64,000 nucleotides of DNA from an uncultured Planctomycetaceae bacterium (lineage in GTDB: Bacteria > Planctomycetota > Planctomycetia > Pirellulales > PALSA-1355): contig CAWAUV010000005.1 in the NCBI GenBank assembly GCA_963785305.1, forward strand, positions 160,001-224,000, written 5' to 3'. A model generated the notes under the pieces. That model saw only the letters and a program-made list of their open reading frames with translations. It did not search any database and had not been told where the DNA came from. Made by a program: the position numbers and the translations under genes. Shown here piece by piece: positions 54,138-64,000 of the stretch. Position 1 is the first letter of the stretch. Each line of letters opens with the position of its first letter.

Positions 54138-54882
54138 ATGGACACTCACACGACCGAAAATGCCGACGTGTGTTCGAAGTGCCGAGTCGATGTCGGACAA
54201 GACCCCGTTCGACTCTGGGACGGCAATATCTACTGCGCGGAGTGCGTGAATCGGGCGCATCCGAAGCTCCGCGACCTTGCCGCGGAGGCGTCGGAGCTGT
54301 CTGAAATTATTCACCTCGACCCGCGAAGTTCTTCGCGCGAACATTCCTTTCGTCGGCTTTTTCGCGGTCATTGTTTGTTTTCTCACTTTCGGGGCTCGCG
54401 ATTTCAGGAATGTTTTAGTCAGCGCGTGGATTCCCGCGTGGATTTTCGTGATCGTGGCGCAATTGTGGTCACAATATCGACGCGCGCATGGTTTCCCGGG
54501 AGTCGCCGCCGTCGAATCGGGGAATGTGATCTTGGCTCGCGATCGGGTTAGGGTGATTTCCGTGCCACTGAGCGAGTGCTGTTGGTACATTGGCAATCCG
54601 CGTCACGCGAAGACATATTTTCAAGCGATCCATGTGAACCGAAGCGTCGTAATCATCCGCTGCCCGTTGCTCCGAACGCGTTTCGGAGCACTGTACGAAC
54701 ATGTGCCCTGCGGATTCACCGACGAGAGTCGCGAGATTTGGGAAGCGTTTTTGGCGCTCTCCGGCGTGCCGTTCAGGGGCGGTTTCTGGGGCTATTTCCC
54801 CAAAGCCGCCTATCGGGCCGGCCGCTGGTTCGGCGGAAAAACGAAATGGATCAGTGCTCCGGCCCTCAAGGGAAAGCAATGA
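54138..54882 (+). CDS. Hypothetical membrane protein with N-terminal CxxC...CxxC (indel near 54335)
   Basis: CSKC...WDGNIYCAEC joined to a two-TM segment; ATGA overlap with sulfatase. Confidence 0.55.
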
Positions 54883-56352
54883 AAACGAAACGACCCTTCG
54901 AAGTATTCATGCTGCTTCCCGCGGTATTCGCGATTTCTCGAATCTGCCTCGCGGCGGAAGCGCCATCGGCGCCGGCGTTCGCGAAGAAGCCCAACGTTAT
55001 TTTGATTCTCGTGGACGACACCGGATACGGCGACCTTTCATGCACCGGCAATCCGATCTTGAAGACACCGAACATCGATCGGCTCCACGACGATGGCGTG
55101 CGCTTTACCGATTTTCATGTGAGCCCGACCTGCGCGCCGACGCGCTCGGCGCTCATGACCGGCCGGCATGAATTCAAGAACGGCGTCACGCACACGATCC
55201 ACGAACGCGAGCGTTTGACCCTTTCGGCGACGACGATCGCCCAGGTGCTTAAATCGGCTGGCTACACCACCGGCATCTTCGGCAAATGGCATCTCGGCGA
55301 TGAAGACGCCTATCAGCCCGAGCGGCGCGGCTTCGACGAGGCGTTTATTCATGGCGGCGGCGGCATCGGGCAGACGTACCCGGGCAGTTGCGGCGACGCG
55401 CCGGGTAATTCCTATTTCAGCCCGTGGATCAAGCACAACGGCGCCTTTGAAAAGACCGACGGCTATTGCACCGATGTCTTTTTCGGTCAGGCGGAAAAAT
55501 GGATCGAAACGGTGAAGGGCGATCGGCCGTTTTTCGCATACATTCCCCTCAATGCCGCTCATGAGCCTCGCCAGGTCCGCGCGGAAGACGAAAGCGCGTT
55601 ATGCCGGAAAAACAGCGTCGAAAATCGCCAAGTTTTACGGCATGATCGCCAACATCGACGACAATGTCGGCAAACTGCTGGCCAAATTAGACGCGTGGAA
55701 GATCGACCAGGACACGCTTGTCGTTTACATGAACGACAACGGCGGTCAGCCCGATGCCTGCAAGCTTTACAACGCCGGGATGCGCGGCGGCAAGGGCACG
55801 GCGTTCAACGGCGGCACGCGCGCGGTGTCGTTGTGGCGCTGGCCGGGCACGCTGAAGCCCGCGAGCGTGGATAAACTCACGGCCCATGTCGACGTGTTCC
55901 CGACCCTGGCGGAACTGGCCGGGGTGACGATGCCAGAAGACAAATTGCGCGACGGCGTCAGCCTCGTGCCGCTGTTGAAAGATACTGGGCATGATTGGCC
56001 CGACCGGTATCTCGTGACGCATGTCGGCCGCTGGCCCACGGGCGCCAAGCCGGAAAAGTTCGGCGAGCCCGGCGGGCGTTGGTCCGCGGCAAACATGTGC
56101 GGCGTGCGCTGGCGGGAGTGGAACATGGTTCGCGCGGAAAAAGGCTGGGAGCTCTTCGATCTCGCGAGGGACCCCGGCGAGCACCGAAATGTCGCCAGCG
56201 AGCATCCGGAGATTGTGTCGCGGCTCGATAAGCACTTTGATGATTGGTGGCGGGAGGTCGGGCCCTGCCTCGTGAACGAAGAAGCTTACAAGACAGCGCC
56301 GGAGGTCAATCCCTTCAAGGCGGAGTTCACGAAGCAGATGTCTAAGCAATGA
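54879..56352 (+). CDS. Arylsulfatase (formylglycine-dependent; indel near 55600)
   Basis: PNVILILVDDTGYGD, CAPTRSALMTGR, GKWHLG, DNGG, ELFDL..DPGE. Confidence 0.93.
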
Positions 56353-56483
56353 GGCGCACGTTGGCAGTCTGCTGGAATATTCAACATTTAACAGGCAGTC
56401 AGGCCCGTTTGGCGAAGCCGCGGCCGGCAGGGCATTTTGCTTCAGCCCCCGCCCCCCCCACCGATGGGCGGAGAGGCAGGTCA

Positions 56484-56511
56484 TTGACAGCCAATGGCCG
56501 AGTTTTACAAT
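56484..56511 (+). promoter_or_regulatory. Sigma70-type promoter for the arg operon
   Basis: TTGACA-16 bp-TACAAT. Confidence 0.65.
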
Positions 56512-56671
56512 AGTTCGTTTCCCTCGAACTGGCGCGGCCGTGGGGCCGTGGGGCGCGACGCCTTAAGGCTCGGGGGACCTATGGACCGCCGCCGCGCCGC
56601 GAGCGAGCCTGCCCTAGGGTGGCGGTGCGCGGGCTGTCTCGCGCGGTTGATGTTTTTCTGGAGAGCGCCCG

Positions 56672-57551
56672 TTGCTGACGCCCACCGAGAAAGCCGATGT
56701 GCTGATCGAAGCCCTCGGCTGGATCCGCCATTTCCGCGGTAAGATCACCGTGATCAAACTCGGCGGCAGCGTGATGGAAGACGAAAACGCGCTGCGGCAT
56801 CTGCTGCTCGACGTGGTGTTCATGGAAACCGTCGGCATGCGGCCGGTGCTGGTCCACGGCGGCGGCAAGGCGATCAACAAGGCAATGGACGCCGCCGGAA
56901 TCGAGCCGCGCTTTATCCAAGGTCGCCGCTACACCGACGCCGCCACGCTCGAAATCGTCGAACGCGTGCTCGCCTGCGAAACCAATGAATTCTTGGCCCG
57001 GCGGATCGAAGAGTTCGGCGGCCGGAGCGCCGCGCCTCAATTTTCGCACGACCAACGTGCTCTTCGGCGAACGCTTGAAAATCAACGACGACCGTGGCCA
57101 GCCGGTCGATCTCGGCGCGGTCGGCGTCGTGACGCGGGTCGACCACGATGTGATCGAAAAGCTCACGATCGCGGGCGTCGTGCCGGTGATTCCCTCGATG
57201 TGCCGCGGCGCCGATGGCGAGAAGCTAAATGTCAACGCCGACACGGCCGCCAACTATGTCGCGCAGGCGATGGGCGCCGAAAAGCTCCTGTTCCTCAGCG
57301 ATGTCAACGGAGTGCGCCGCGAGAAAAACGACCCGAATTCGCTCATTGCCTCGCTCACCGCTTCCCAAGCGCGCGAGCTGATTCGCGCCGGCGTGGTCGA
57401 CTCCGGCATGATCCCCAAAGTGGAAGCCTGCCTCGAAATTCTCGAAAAAGGCGTCCGCCAAGTGCATATAATCGACGGCAGATTGCGACACTCGCTACTT
57501 CTGGAAATTTACACCACCAAGGGCGTGGGCACCGAATTGGTTCGCGGCTAA
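56672..57551 (+). CDS. argB: Acetylglutamate kinase (indel near 57030)
   Basis: [41 protein letters not shown]. Confidence 0.95.
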
Positions 57552-57671
57552 GGTCGATTGCTCGGCCGGCCGCGGTGGCCTCCGAGCGCGCGACCGCGGA
57601 GATCGGCCCGCCGGACGCACCTGCTCGCCCACCCGACCGCCAGCGGTTCGATAACTCTCAAGGAGCAAGTC

Positions 57672-58874
57672 ATGGCGACGGCTCAATCACTCAGTTCCGC
57701 CGAGACGATCGAACTTTTCGATCGCTACGTGGTTCCCAACTATCGTCGCTTCCCAATCGCGATCGCTCGCGGCGAGGGTTCGCATGTGTGGGACAACGAA
57801 GGCCGCCGCTATCTCGACTTCTTCCCCGGCTGGGGATGCAACTTGCTGGGCCACTGTCCCGAGCCGGTGGTGCGCGCGGTTCAAGAACAGGTCGCCACGC
57901 TGATCCATGTGCCCAACACCTGGTACACCGAAGCCCAAGGCCGCTGGGCCCAAGCGCTCAGCGAGCGGAGCTTTGGCGGACAAGCGTTCTTTTGCAACTC
58001 GGGCGCCGAGGCCAATGAGGCGGCAATCAAGCTCGCGCGGCTGCATGCCCCCAAGCCGCGCTACAAGATCATCACCTTCACCGGCGGGTTCCACGGCCGC
58101 ACGCTCGGCGCCACCGCCGCCACGGCCCAGCCCAAATATCACGAAGGGCTCGGCCCGCTCGTGGCGGGGTTTGTTTATGCGCCTTTCGGCGATCTGGAGG
58201 CGGTGCGCGCGCTGATCGACGACGAAACCGCCGCGATTCTCGTCGAGCCGATTCAGGGCGAGGGTGGCGTGGTGATTCCGCCGCCCGGTTTTCTCGAAGG
58301 GCTTCGCGCCCTGGCCGATGAACATGGCCTGCTCTTGATGTTCGACGAGGTGCAAACCGGCTGCGGCCGCACCGGCGAATGGTTCGCCTATCAACAAGCG
58401 GGCGTTGTGCCCGATGTGATGACGCTGGCGAAGGCGGTGTGCGGCGGCGTGGCGGGAGGCGCGCTGCTCACGACGGCCGAGATTGCCCCCAGCCTTCGGC
58501 CCGGCATGCATGCTTGCACCTTCGGCGGCAATCCGATCGCCGCCCGGGCCGGCATCGCCACGATCGAAATGATCGAGCAAGAGAATCTGCTCGCGCACAC
58601 GCTGCGCCTGGGCGAGCTGTTCGAGGAGCGGCTCACGGCCCTGGCCGACGAGTGCCCGCTGGTGCAAGAAGTGCGCGTGCGAGGGGTGATGATCGGAGTC
58701 GAGCTATCGATCGATGGAGCGCCGGTGGTGCAAGGTTGCCTCGACCGCGGACTCTTGATCAACTGCACCCATGTCACGGTGCTGCGGCTGCTGCCGGCGA
58801 TGAATCTTTCGGAAGATCAGTTGCACGAGGGTTGCGATATCCTCGGCGACGTGCTCAAGAAACAAACGCCATGA
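57672..58874 (+). CDS. argD: Acetylornithine aminotransferase
   Basis: [39 protein letters not shown]. Confidence 0.93.
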   Translation: MATAQSLSSAETIELFDRYVVPNYRRFPIAIARGEGSHVWDNEGRRYLDFFPGWGCNLLGHCPEPVVRAVQEQVATLIHVPNTWYTEAQGRWAQALSERSFGGQAFFCNSGAEANEAAIKLARLHAPKPRYKIITFTGGFHGRTLGATAATAQPKYHEGLGPLVAGFVYAPFGDLEAVRALIDDETAAILVEPIQGEGGVVIPPPGFLEGLRALADEHGLLLMFDEVQTGCGRTGEWFAYQQAGVVPDVMTLAKAVCGGVAGGALLTTAEIAPSLRPGMHACTFGGNPIAARAGIATIEMIEQENLLAHTLRLGELFEERLTALADECPLVQEVRVRGVMIGVELSIDGAPVVQGCLDRGLLINCTHVTVLRLLPAMNLSEDQLHEGCDILGDVLKKQTP

Positions 58875-58965
58875 CCGCCGGCCGATACGATCTGAATATC
58901 CGTTTTTCCGTTTGGCCGACTCGGTTCCGCGCCGAAGGCCGCCAGCCAACGACGAGTCTCTCGCG

Positions 58966-59883
58966 ATGCGCAGCCTTCTGACCGTGGCCGATCTCACGAC
59001 GGCCGAAATCGAACGCATCTTCGCCATCACCGCCGATCTCAAGGCGAAAACGGCCCGCGGACTGCGCGAGCCGCTGTTGCCCGGCCGAGTCATGGCGATG
59101 CTTTTCGAAAAGCCCTCGTTGCGCACGCGCGTGAGCTTCGAGGCGGGCATGATCCATTTGGGAGGAAGCTCGCTGTTTTTGGGCAACGATGTAGGCTTCA
59201 AGTCGCGAGAAAGCAAGGCAGATTTTGCCCGAGTGCTCAGCCAATACGCCGATGTGATCGTGTTGCGAACCTTCAAGCACGAAACCGCGATCGAAGTGGC
59301 CCGGCATAGCTCGTGCTCCGTGATCAATGGCCTGACCGACTATGCCCATCCCTGCCAGGCGCTGGCCGACCTCTACACCTTGAAAGAGCTCGTCGGGCGG
59401 CTCAAAGGCCTGACGCTCGCTTATGTGGGCGATGGCAACAATGTGGCCCGGAGCTTGGCCGAATGTTGCGGACGGATCGGCATGCGATTCGTCATGGCGG
59501 CGCCGGAGAAATATCGGTTCGACGACGCTTTTCTCGCCTCGCTCGAGCGCCATGCGCCCGACCTGGATCTCGTTGTCACCGACGATCCGCGCGAAGCGGT
59601 GCGCGACGCGGTGGCGATCTACACCGATGTCTGGACCAGCATGGGCCAAGAGGCCGAGAGCGAGCGCCGCCGCCGCGAGCTGGCCGATTATCAAGTCAAC
59701 GCCACGCTGATGGCCGCGGCGCCGGCCGGCGCCTACTTCATGCACTGTTTGCCGGCTCACCGCGGCGAGGAAGTGACCGACGAAGTGATCGATGGGCCGG
59801 CCAGTGTCGTGGTACAGCAAGCGGGCAATCGGCTGCATGTGCAGAAGGGTATTCTCGCGTGGCTCTTGGCCGCCCAGGCTTGA
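58966..59883 (+). CDS. argF: Ornithine carbamoyltransferase
   Basis: FEKPSLRTRVSF, HPCQALAD, DVWTSMGQE, HCLPAHRGEE. Confidence 0.95.
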   Translation: MRSLLTVADLTTAEIERIFAITADLKAKTARGLREPLLPGRVMAMLFEKPSLRTRVSFEAGMIHLGGSSLFLGNDVGFKSRESKADFARVLSQYADVIVLRTFKHETAIEVARHSSCSVINGLTDYAHPCQALADLYTLKELVGRLKGLTLAYVGDGNNVARSLAECCGRIGMRFVMAAPEKYRFDDAFLASLERHAPDLDLVVTDDPREAVRDAVAIYTDVWTSMGQEAESERRRRELADYQVNATLMAAAPAGAYFMHCLPAHRGEEVTDEVIDGPASVVVQQAGNRLHVQKGILAWLLAAQA

Positions 59884-59954
59884 TCTCGCGCCGACGCCAA
59901 AAGCCGATGAACGCGAGGGTTTGTCGCACGAATGTTTCGCGCGGGGGGGGCGGC

Positions 59955-60712
59955 ATGAAGACCATCGTCTGCGCCGACGCTGTTGACATGGGCCGGCAAG
60001 CCGCCCGGAGAGCCGCCGCGTATATTCGCGCCGCTCTCGAGGAGCGCGCGCCGCGCGCATCATTCTCGCCACCGGCGCGTCGCAGTTCACGGTGCTTTCG
60101 GCCTTGACCCATGAACCCGATATCGCGTGGCCCCGAGTCGAGCTATTTCATCTCGACGAATACATTGGTCTGGCCCCGGATCATCCCGCGTCGTTTCGGC
60201 GTTATTTGCGCGAGCGGTTCGTCGACCGCGTGCCGGTCGGTGTATTTCACGCGATCGACGGTCAAACGGATGTCGAGACCGAATGCCGCCGCTTGGCGGC
60301 GCTCATCGCCCAACATCCGATCGATGTGGCCCTGGTCGGCATCGGCGAAAACTGCCATCTGGCGTTTAACGATCCGCCGGCCGACTTCGACACGCAAGCG
60401 CCTTTCCTGCGAGTTGCGCTCGACGACGCTTGCCGCCGGCAGCAGTGGAGCGAAGGCTGGTTCGTCACGCTCGACGATGTGCCGCGCGAGGCGATCACGA
60501 TGTCGATCGCGCAAATCATGAAGGCCCGGGCCATCGTGTGTAGCGTGCCCGAAGAGCGGAAGGCGGAGGCGGTGCGAGCGGCGGTCGAAGGTCCGATCTC
60601 GCCCGAGGCGCCGGCCTCGATCTTGCAGCGCCCTGGGGATGTCGCCCTGTTTCTCGATCCCGCCGCCGCGTCGCGATTGTCGCCCGCGTCGCGAGGGTCG
60701 GTAGCCTCTTGA
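59955..60712 (+). CDS. nagB: Glucosamine-6-phosphate deaminase (indel near 60050)
   Basis: [39 protein letters not shown]. Confidence 0.9.
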
Positions 60713-60724
60713 AGTTGGCGCGCC

Positions 60725-61735
60725 ATGTCGATCCCCATCGAGCCGCCGTCGACCAACGATCTCGCCCCCGGACGCTTTGTCGACTTGCAACTCAACGGCT
60801 ACGCGGGCGTCGATTTTAATTCCGATGGTTTGTCGCCCGAGGCGTTGCACGCGGCGTGCCGTCGTTTGGCGGCCGATGGCGTGGCGGGGGCATTGGCCAC
60901 GATCATCTCGGCGTCCCTCGGGTCGATGCAATCGCGACTCGAGCGCCTCGCCTCGCTTCGCGCGGCCGATCCGCTGGCGCGCGAGCGCATTTGGGGCATT
61001 CATATCGAAGGCCCCTTCTTGAACGAACAACCGGGCTTCGTCGGCGCCCACCCGCGGGATGCCATTCGCCCGGCCTCGCTCGACACCATCGCTCGGCTGC
61101 TCGACGCCGCCGGGGGGCTTACGAGAATCGTTACCCTCGCGCCCGAACGCGATCCGGGCCTGCTGGTGACGCGCAGGTTGGTGGCGGAGAATATCGTCGT
61201 GGCGGCGGGCCACACCGACGCCTCGCTCGACGAGCTTCGCGCCGCGATCGACGCCGGGCTGCGTATGTTCACGCACCTGGGCAATGGCTGCCCGCTGGTC
61301 GTGCATCGCCACGACAACATCATCAATCGCGTGCTGTCGCTGCGTTCCTCGCTGATGATCTCGTTGATCGCCGATGGCGTGCATGTGCCGCCCTTTGCCC
61401 TGGCCAATTACCTGCGGCTCGCGGGACCCGAGCGGGCGATCGTCGTGACCGACGCGATCGCGGCCGCGGGGCTCGGGCCGGGCCGCTACACACTGGGCGA
61501 ACAAACAGTCGACGTGGGCAACGATCTCGTTTGCCGATCGACCGACCCGGTCGAGCAGGCACATTTCGTCGGCTCGGCGGCCACGATGCCGCGCATGGAA
61601 GCGCTGCTCCGCAATTCGCTCGCGATGGACGCGGCCACGATTCGCCGGCTCACGTGGGACAATCCGCGAGCGATGCTGGGAATCGCGCCGGCGGACGCCG
61701 TAAATGGCGATCCTGCCCCGGCGGGGATCGACTAA
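60725..61735 (+). CDS. nagA: N-acetylglucosamine-6-phosphate deacetylase
   Basis: DLQLNG, HIEGPFL, GAH, TLAPE, GHT, THLGNG, IADGVH, VTDA. Confidence 0.92.
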   Translation: MSIPIEPPSTNDLAPGRFVDLQLNGYAGVDFNSDGLSPEALHAACRRLAADGVAGALATIISASLGSMQSRLERLASLRAADPLARERIWGIHIEGPFLNEQPGFVGAHPRDAIRPASLDTIARLLDAAGGLTRIVTLAPERDPGLLVTRRLVAENIVVAAGHTDASLDELRAAIDAGLRMFTHLGNGCPLVVHRHDNIINRVLSLRSSLMISLIADGVHVPPFALANYLRLAGPERAIVVTDAIAAAGLGPGRYTLGEQTVDVGNDLVCRSTDPVEQAHFVGSAATMPRMEALLRNSLAMDAATIRRLTWDNPRAMLGIAPADAVNGDPAPAGID

Positions 61736-61821
61736 CCTCGCGGGGCGGCCTTCGCTACAATGCTTGTTTCTCTTGCGGCGCTTCTGGCGCTGGCCCTGTC
61801 GTGTATTGGGAGTTTTCCGTT

Positions 61822-63958
61822 TTGAATTCGCGTCAGATTCTCGTCACCGCCGCGTTGCCCTATGCCAATGGCCATATCCACATCGGCCACTTGGTGGAAT
61901 ATATCCAAACCGATATTTGGGTGCGCTTTCAGAAACTGCGCGGCCATCGTTGCGTGTTTGTCTGCGCCGACGACACCCACGGCACGGCAATCATGGTGCG
62001 GGCCCGGCAGGAAGGCCGTCCCGAGGAAGCGATCATCGCCGATATGCGCGAAAGCCATCTGCGCGATTTCGCGGGCTTCGATGTCGAGTTCGACAACTAC
62101 GGCAGCACCAATAGTCCCGCGAATCGCGAGCTGTGCCACGAGTTTTGGCGGGCCCTGCGCCAGGGGTCTCGTGAGCCAGCGGCCCGTGGCCCAACTATTC
62201 GATCCCGTGGCCGGAACATTTTTGGCCGATCGGTTCGTGCGGGGAACATGTCCCAATCCCGAGTGCCGGGCGCCGAATCAATATGGCGATAGCTGCGATG
62301 TGTGCGGCCACACCCATGGCCCCGCGGAATTGATCGACCCCAAGAGCACGCTCACCGGCGCGACGCCCGAGGTGCGTTCGGCCGAGCATCAGTTCGTGGA
62401 GATCGAGACGCTGCACGATTTTCTCACCCAGTGGACGCAAAGCGGCAAGCATCTCCAAAGCGAAGTGGCCAACTATGTGCGCGGGCACTTTCTCGGCCAA
62501 GAGCTTCGCGCTTGGGATGTCTCGCGACCGGCGCCCTATTTCGGCTTCGAGATTCCCGACAGCCCGGGCGACTACTGGTATGTGTGGTTCAACGCGCCGA
62601 TCGGTTACATCGCCTCGACGCGCGAGTGGTGCGATCGGCAAGGCGAGCGGCTCGAGTCGTGGTGGCGCAATCCCGACTGCGAGATTCACCACTTCATCGG
62701 CAAGGATATCACGTATTTTCACACGCTCTTCTGGCCGGCGATGCTCAAGGCGGCGGATTTCAACCTGCCGACCTTCGTGCATATCCACGGCTTCCTCACG
62801 GTCGACGGCATGAAGATGTCGAAGACCAAAGGCACGTTTATTCGCGCCGCGGCTTATTTGCGCCACTTGAACCCGGCCTATTTGCGGTATTACTACGCCT
62901 CGAAACTCAGCTCGCGCGTCGACGATCTCGACTTGCAGCTCGACGAACTCGTGGTCAAGGTCAACTCCGATCTGGTCGGCAAAGTGGTCAATCTGGCCAG
63001 CCGCACGGCGAAGTTCGTGCGCGAGTCGGGGCTCGTCGCGAAGTATCCCGACGATGGCGGGCTCTTTGCCCAGGGCGCCGCCGAAGGCGAGGCGATCGCC
63101 GCCGCCTATGAAGCCTGCGACTACGGCAAGGCAATGCGGCTGGTGATGGGCCTTTGCGATCGGGCCAACCAATTCGTGGCCGACGCCGCGCCGTGGGATC
63201 TCAAGAAAGACCCCGCGCGGGCCGCCGACATTCAAGACATTTGCACGATCGCGCTGAACCTGTTTCGCCAGGTGGTGGTCTACCTCTCGCCGGTGCTACC
63301 GAGCTTGCGGCGCCAGACCGACGAGCTCTTCGGCCGGCCGATCGCTCATTGGCGCGATAGCCAGCAGCCGCTCACCGGCGGCGAGATTCATCCTTTTACC
63401 CACATGCTCAAACGGGTCGAGCCGGCGGAGGTCGCGGCCCTGATTGAAGCGAGTCGAGAAACCGCGGAGGATATCGTGAACACAACGCCCGAGAATGCAG
63501 CTTCGAGCCCCACCAGCAATACCGACACGAGCAATACCGACACGAGCAATACCGACGCCAGCGCCGGCGAGAATGAAAAGCCGGCGATCGATGGGCCGGA
63601 GACGCTCGCCGCCGAGCCGCTGGTGGCCGAGAAGATCGGCATCGATGACTTTACGAAGGTCGACTTGCGCATGGCGCGGGTCGTGGCGGCCGAAGAGGTG
63701 CCCAAGGCCAAGAAGCTGGTCAAGCTCACGCTCAGCCTGGGCGGCGACGAACGGCGAACCGTGTTTGCCGGCATCAAAAGCGCCTACGAACCGGCCAAGC
63801 TGGTCGGCCGCTTGGTGGTGTGCGTGGCCAATCTCGCGCCGCGTCAGATGACATTTGGCCTGAGCGAAGGCATGGTGGTGGCGGCCGGCGCCGGCGGCCA
63901 AGACATCTTCCTCCTCTCCCCCGACGAAGGCGCCAAACCCGGCCACCGGGTTCATTGA
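61822..63958 (+). CDS. metG: Methionine--tRNA ligase with C-terminal tRNA-binding domain (indel near 62165)
   Basis: [38 protein letters not shown]. Confidence 0.96.
63515..63556 (+). repeat. 15-bp tandem repeat AGCAATACCGACACG, about 3 units (SNTDT), in the MetG linker
   Basis: Read directly. Confidence 0.9.
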
Positions 63959-64000
63959 TCGCCCACCGGTTCGAGCGAGCCTTTCCCGCGCCGTGATCCT

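Noticed and set aside
56672..61735. NagA-like deacetylase acting as the missing ArgE, with ArgF as an acetylornithine transcarbamylase
   Set aside because: ArgF has the canonical SMG and HCLPAHRG motifs of OTCase, and nagA pairs normally with nagB
61822..63958. metG and other frameshifted genes as pseudogenes
   Set aside because: Essential genes with intact motifs and no nonsense decay; assembly indels are more likely

Overview
High-GC bacterial chromosomal window, most likely from a Planctomycetota (Pirellulales-like) genome. That placement is inferred from csrA, a sulfatase, shc-hpnH, oleCD, the 'MRLTLRT..AY.DD' protein and the GAF-HlyD/HlyD/M50-HlyD trio. About 50 genes are present: tad pilus (cpaF, tadB, tadC), csrA, osmC, thiS/thiG, a DinG helicase, hopanoid genes, rplU, arnT-like/bioD/lnt, an ECF sigma with RskA-like anti-sigma followed by a FAD oxidoreductase-DUF1365-cfa lipid cluster, oleC/oleD/birA, aspS, a split NAD synthetase, argB/D/F, nagB/A and metG. 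Two IS elements are present (ISAs1-like and IS1202-like). More than 20 genes, including essential ones, carry single-base frameshifts, which points to uncorrected long-read indels rather than real pseudogenes. The best candidate for an undescribed system is the three-gene cassette at 40453-45770. It encodes three different membrane-fusion (HlyD) proteins, one fused to a PqqD/RRE-like domain plus an intact site-2 (M50) protease and one to GAF-like domains, with no ABC/RND pump in the window. Other highlights are a SigK-type regulon for probable furan/methylated fatty acids with a matching promoter and a VNTR, a sigma54 promoter and structured leader on csrA, a candidate +1 frameshift in ISAs1, and a CACGGAA palindromic element between the NAD synthetase subunits. 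No rRNA, tRNA or CRISPR was recognised. All family assignments are by eye from motifs; no searches were run.
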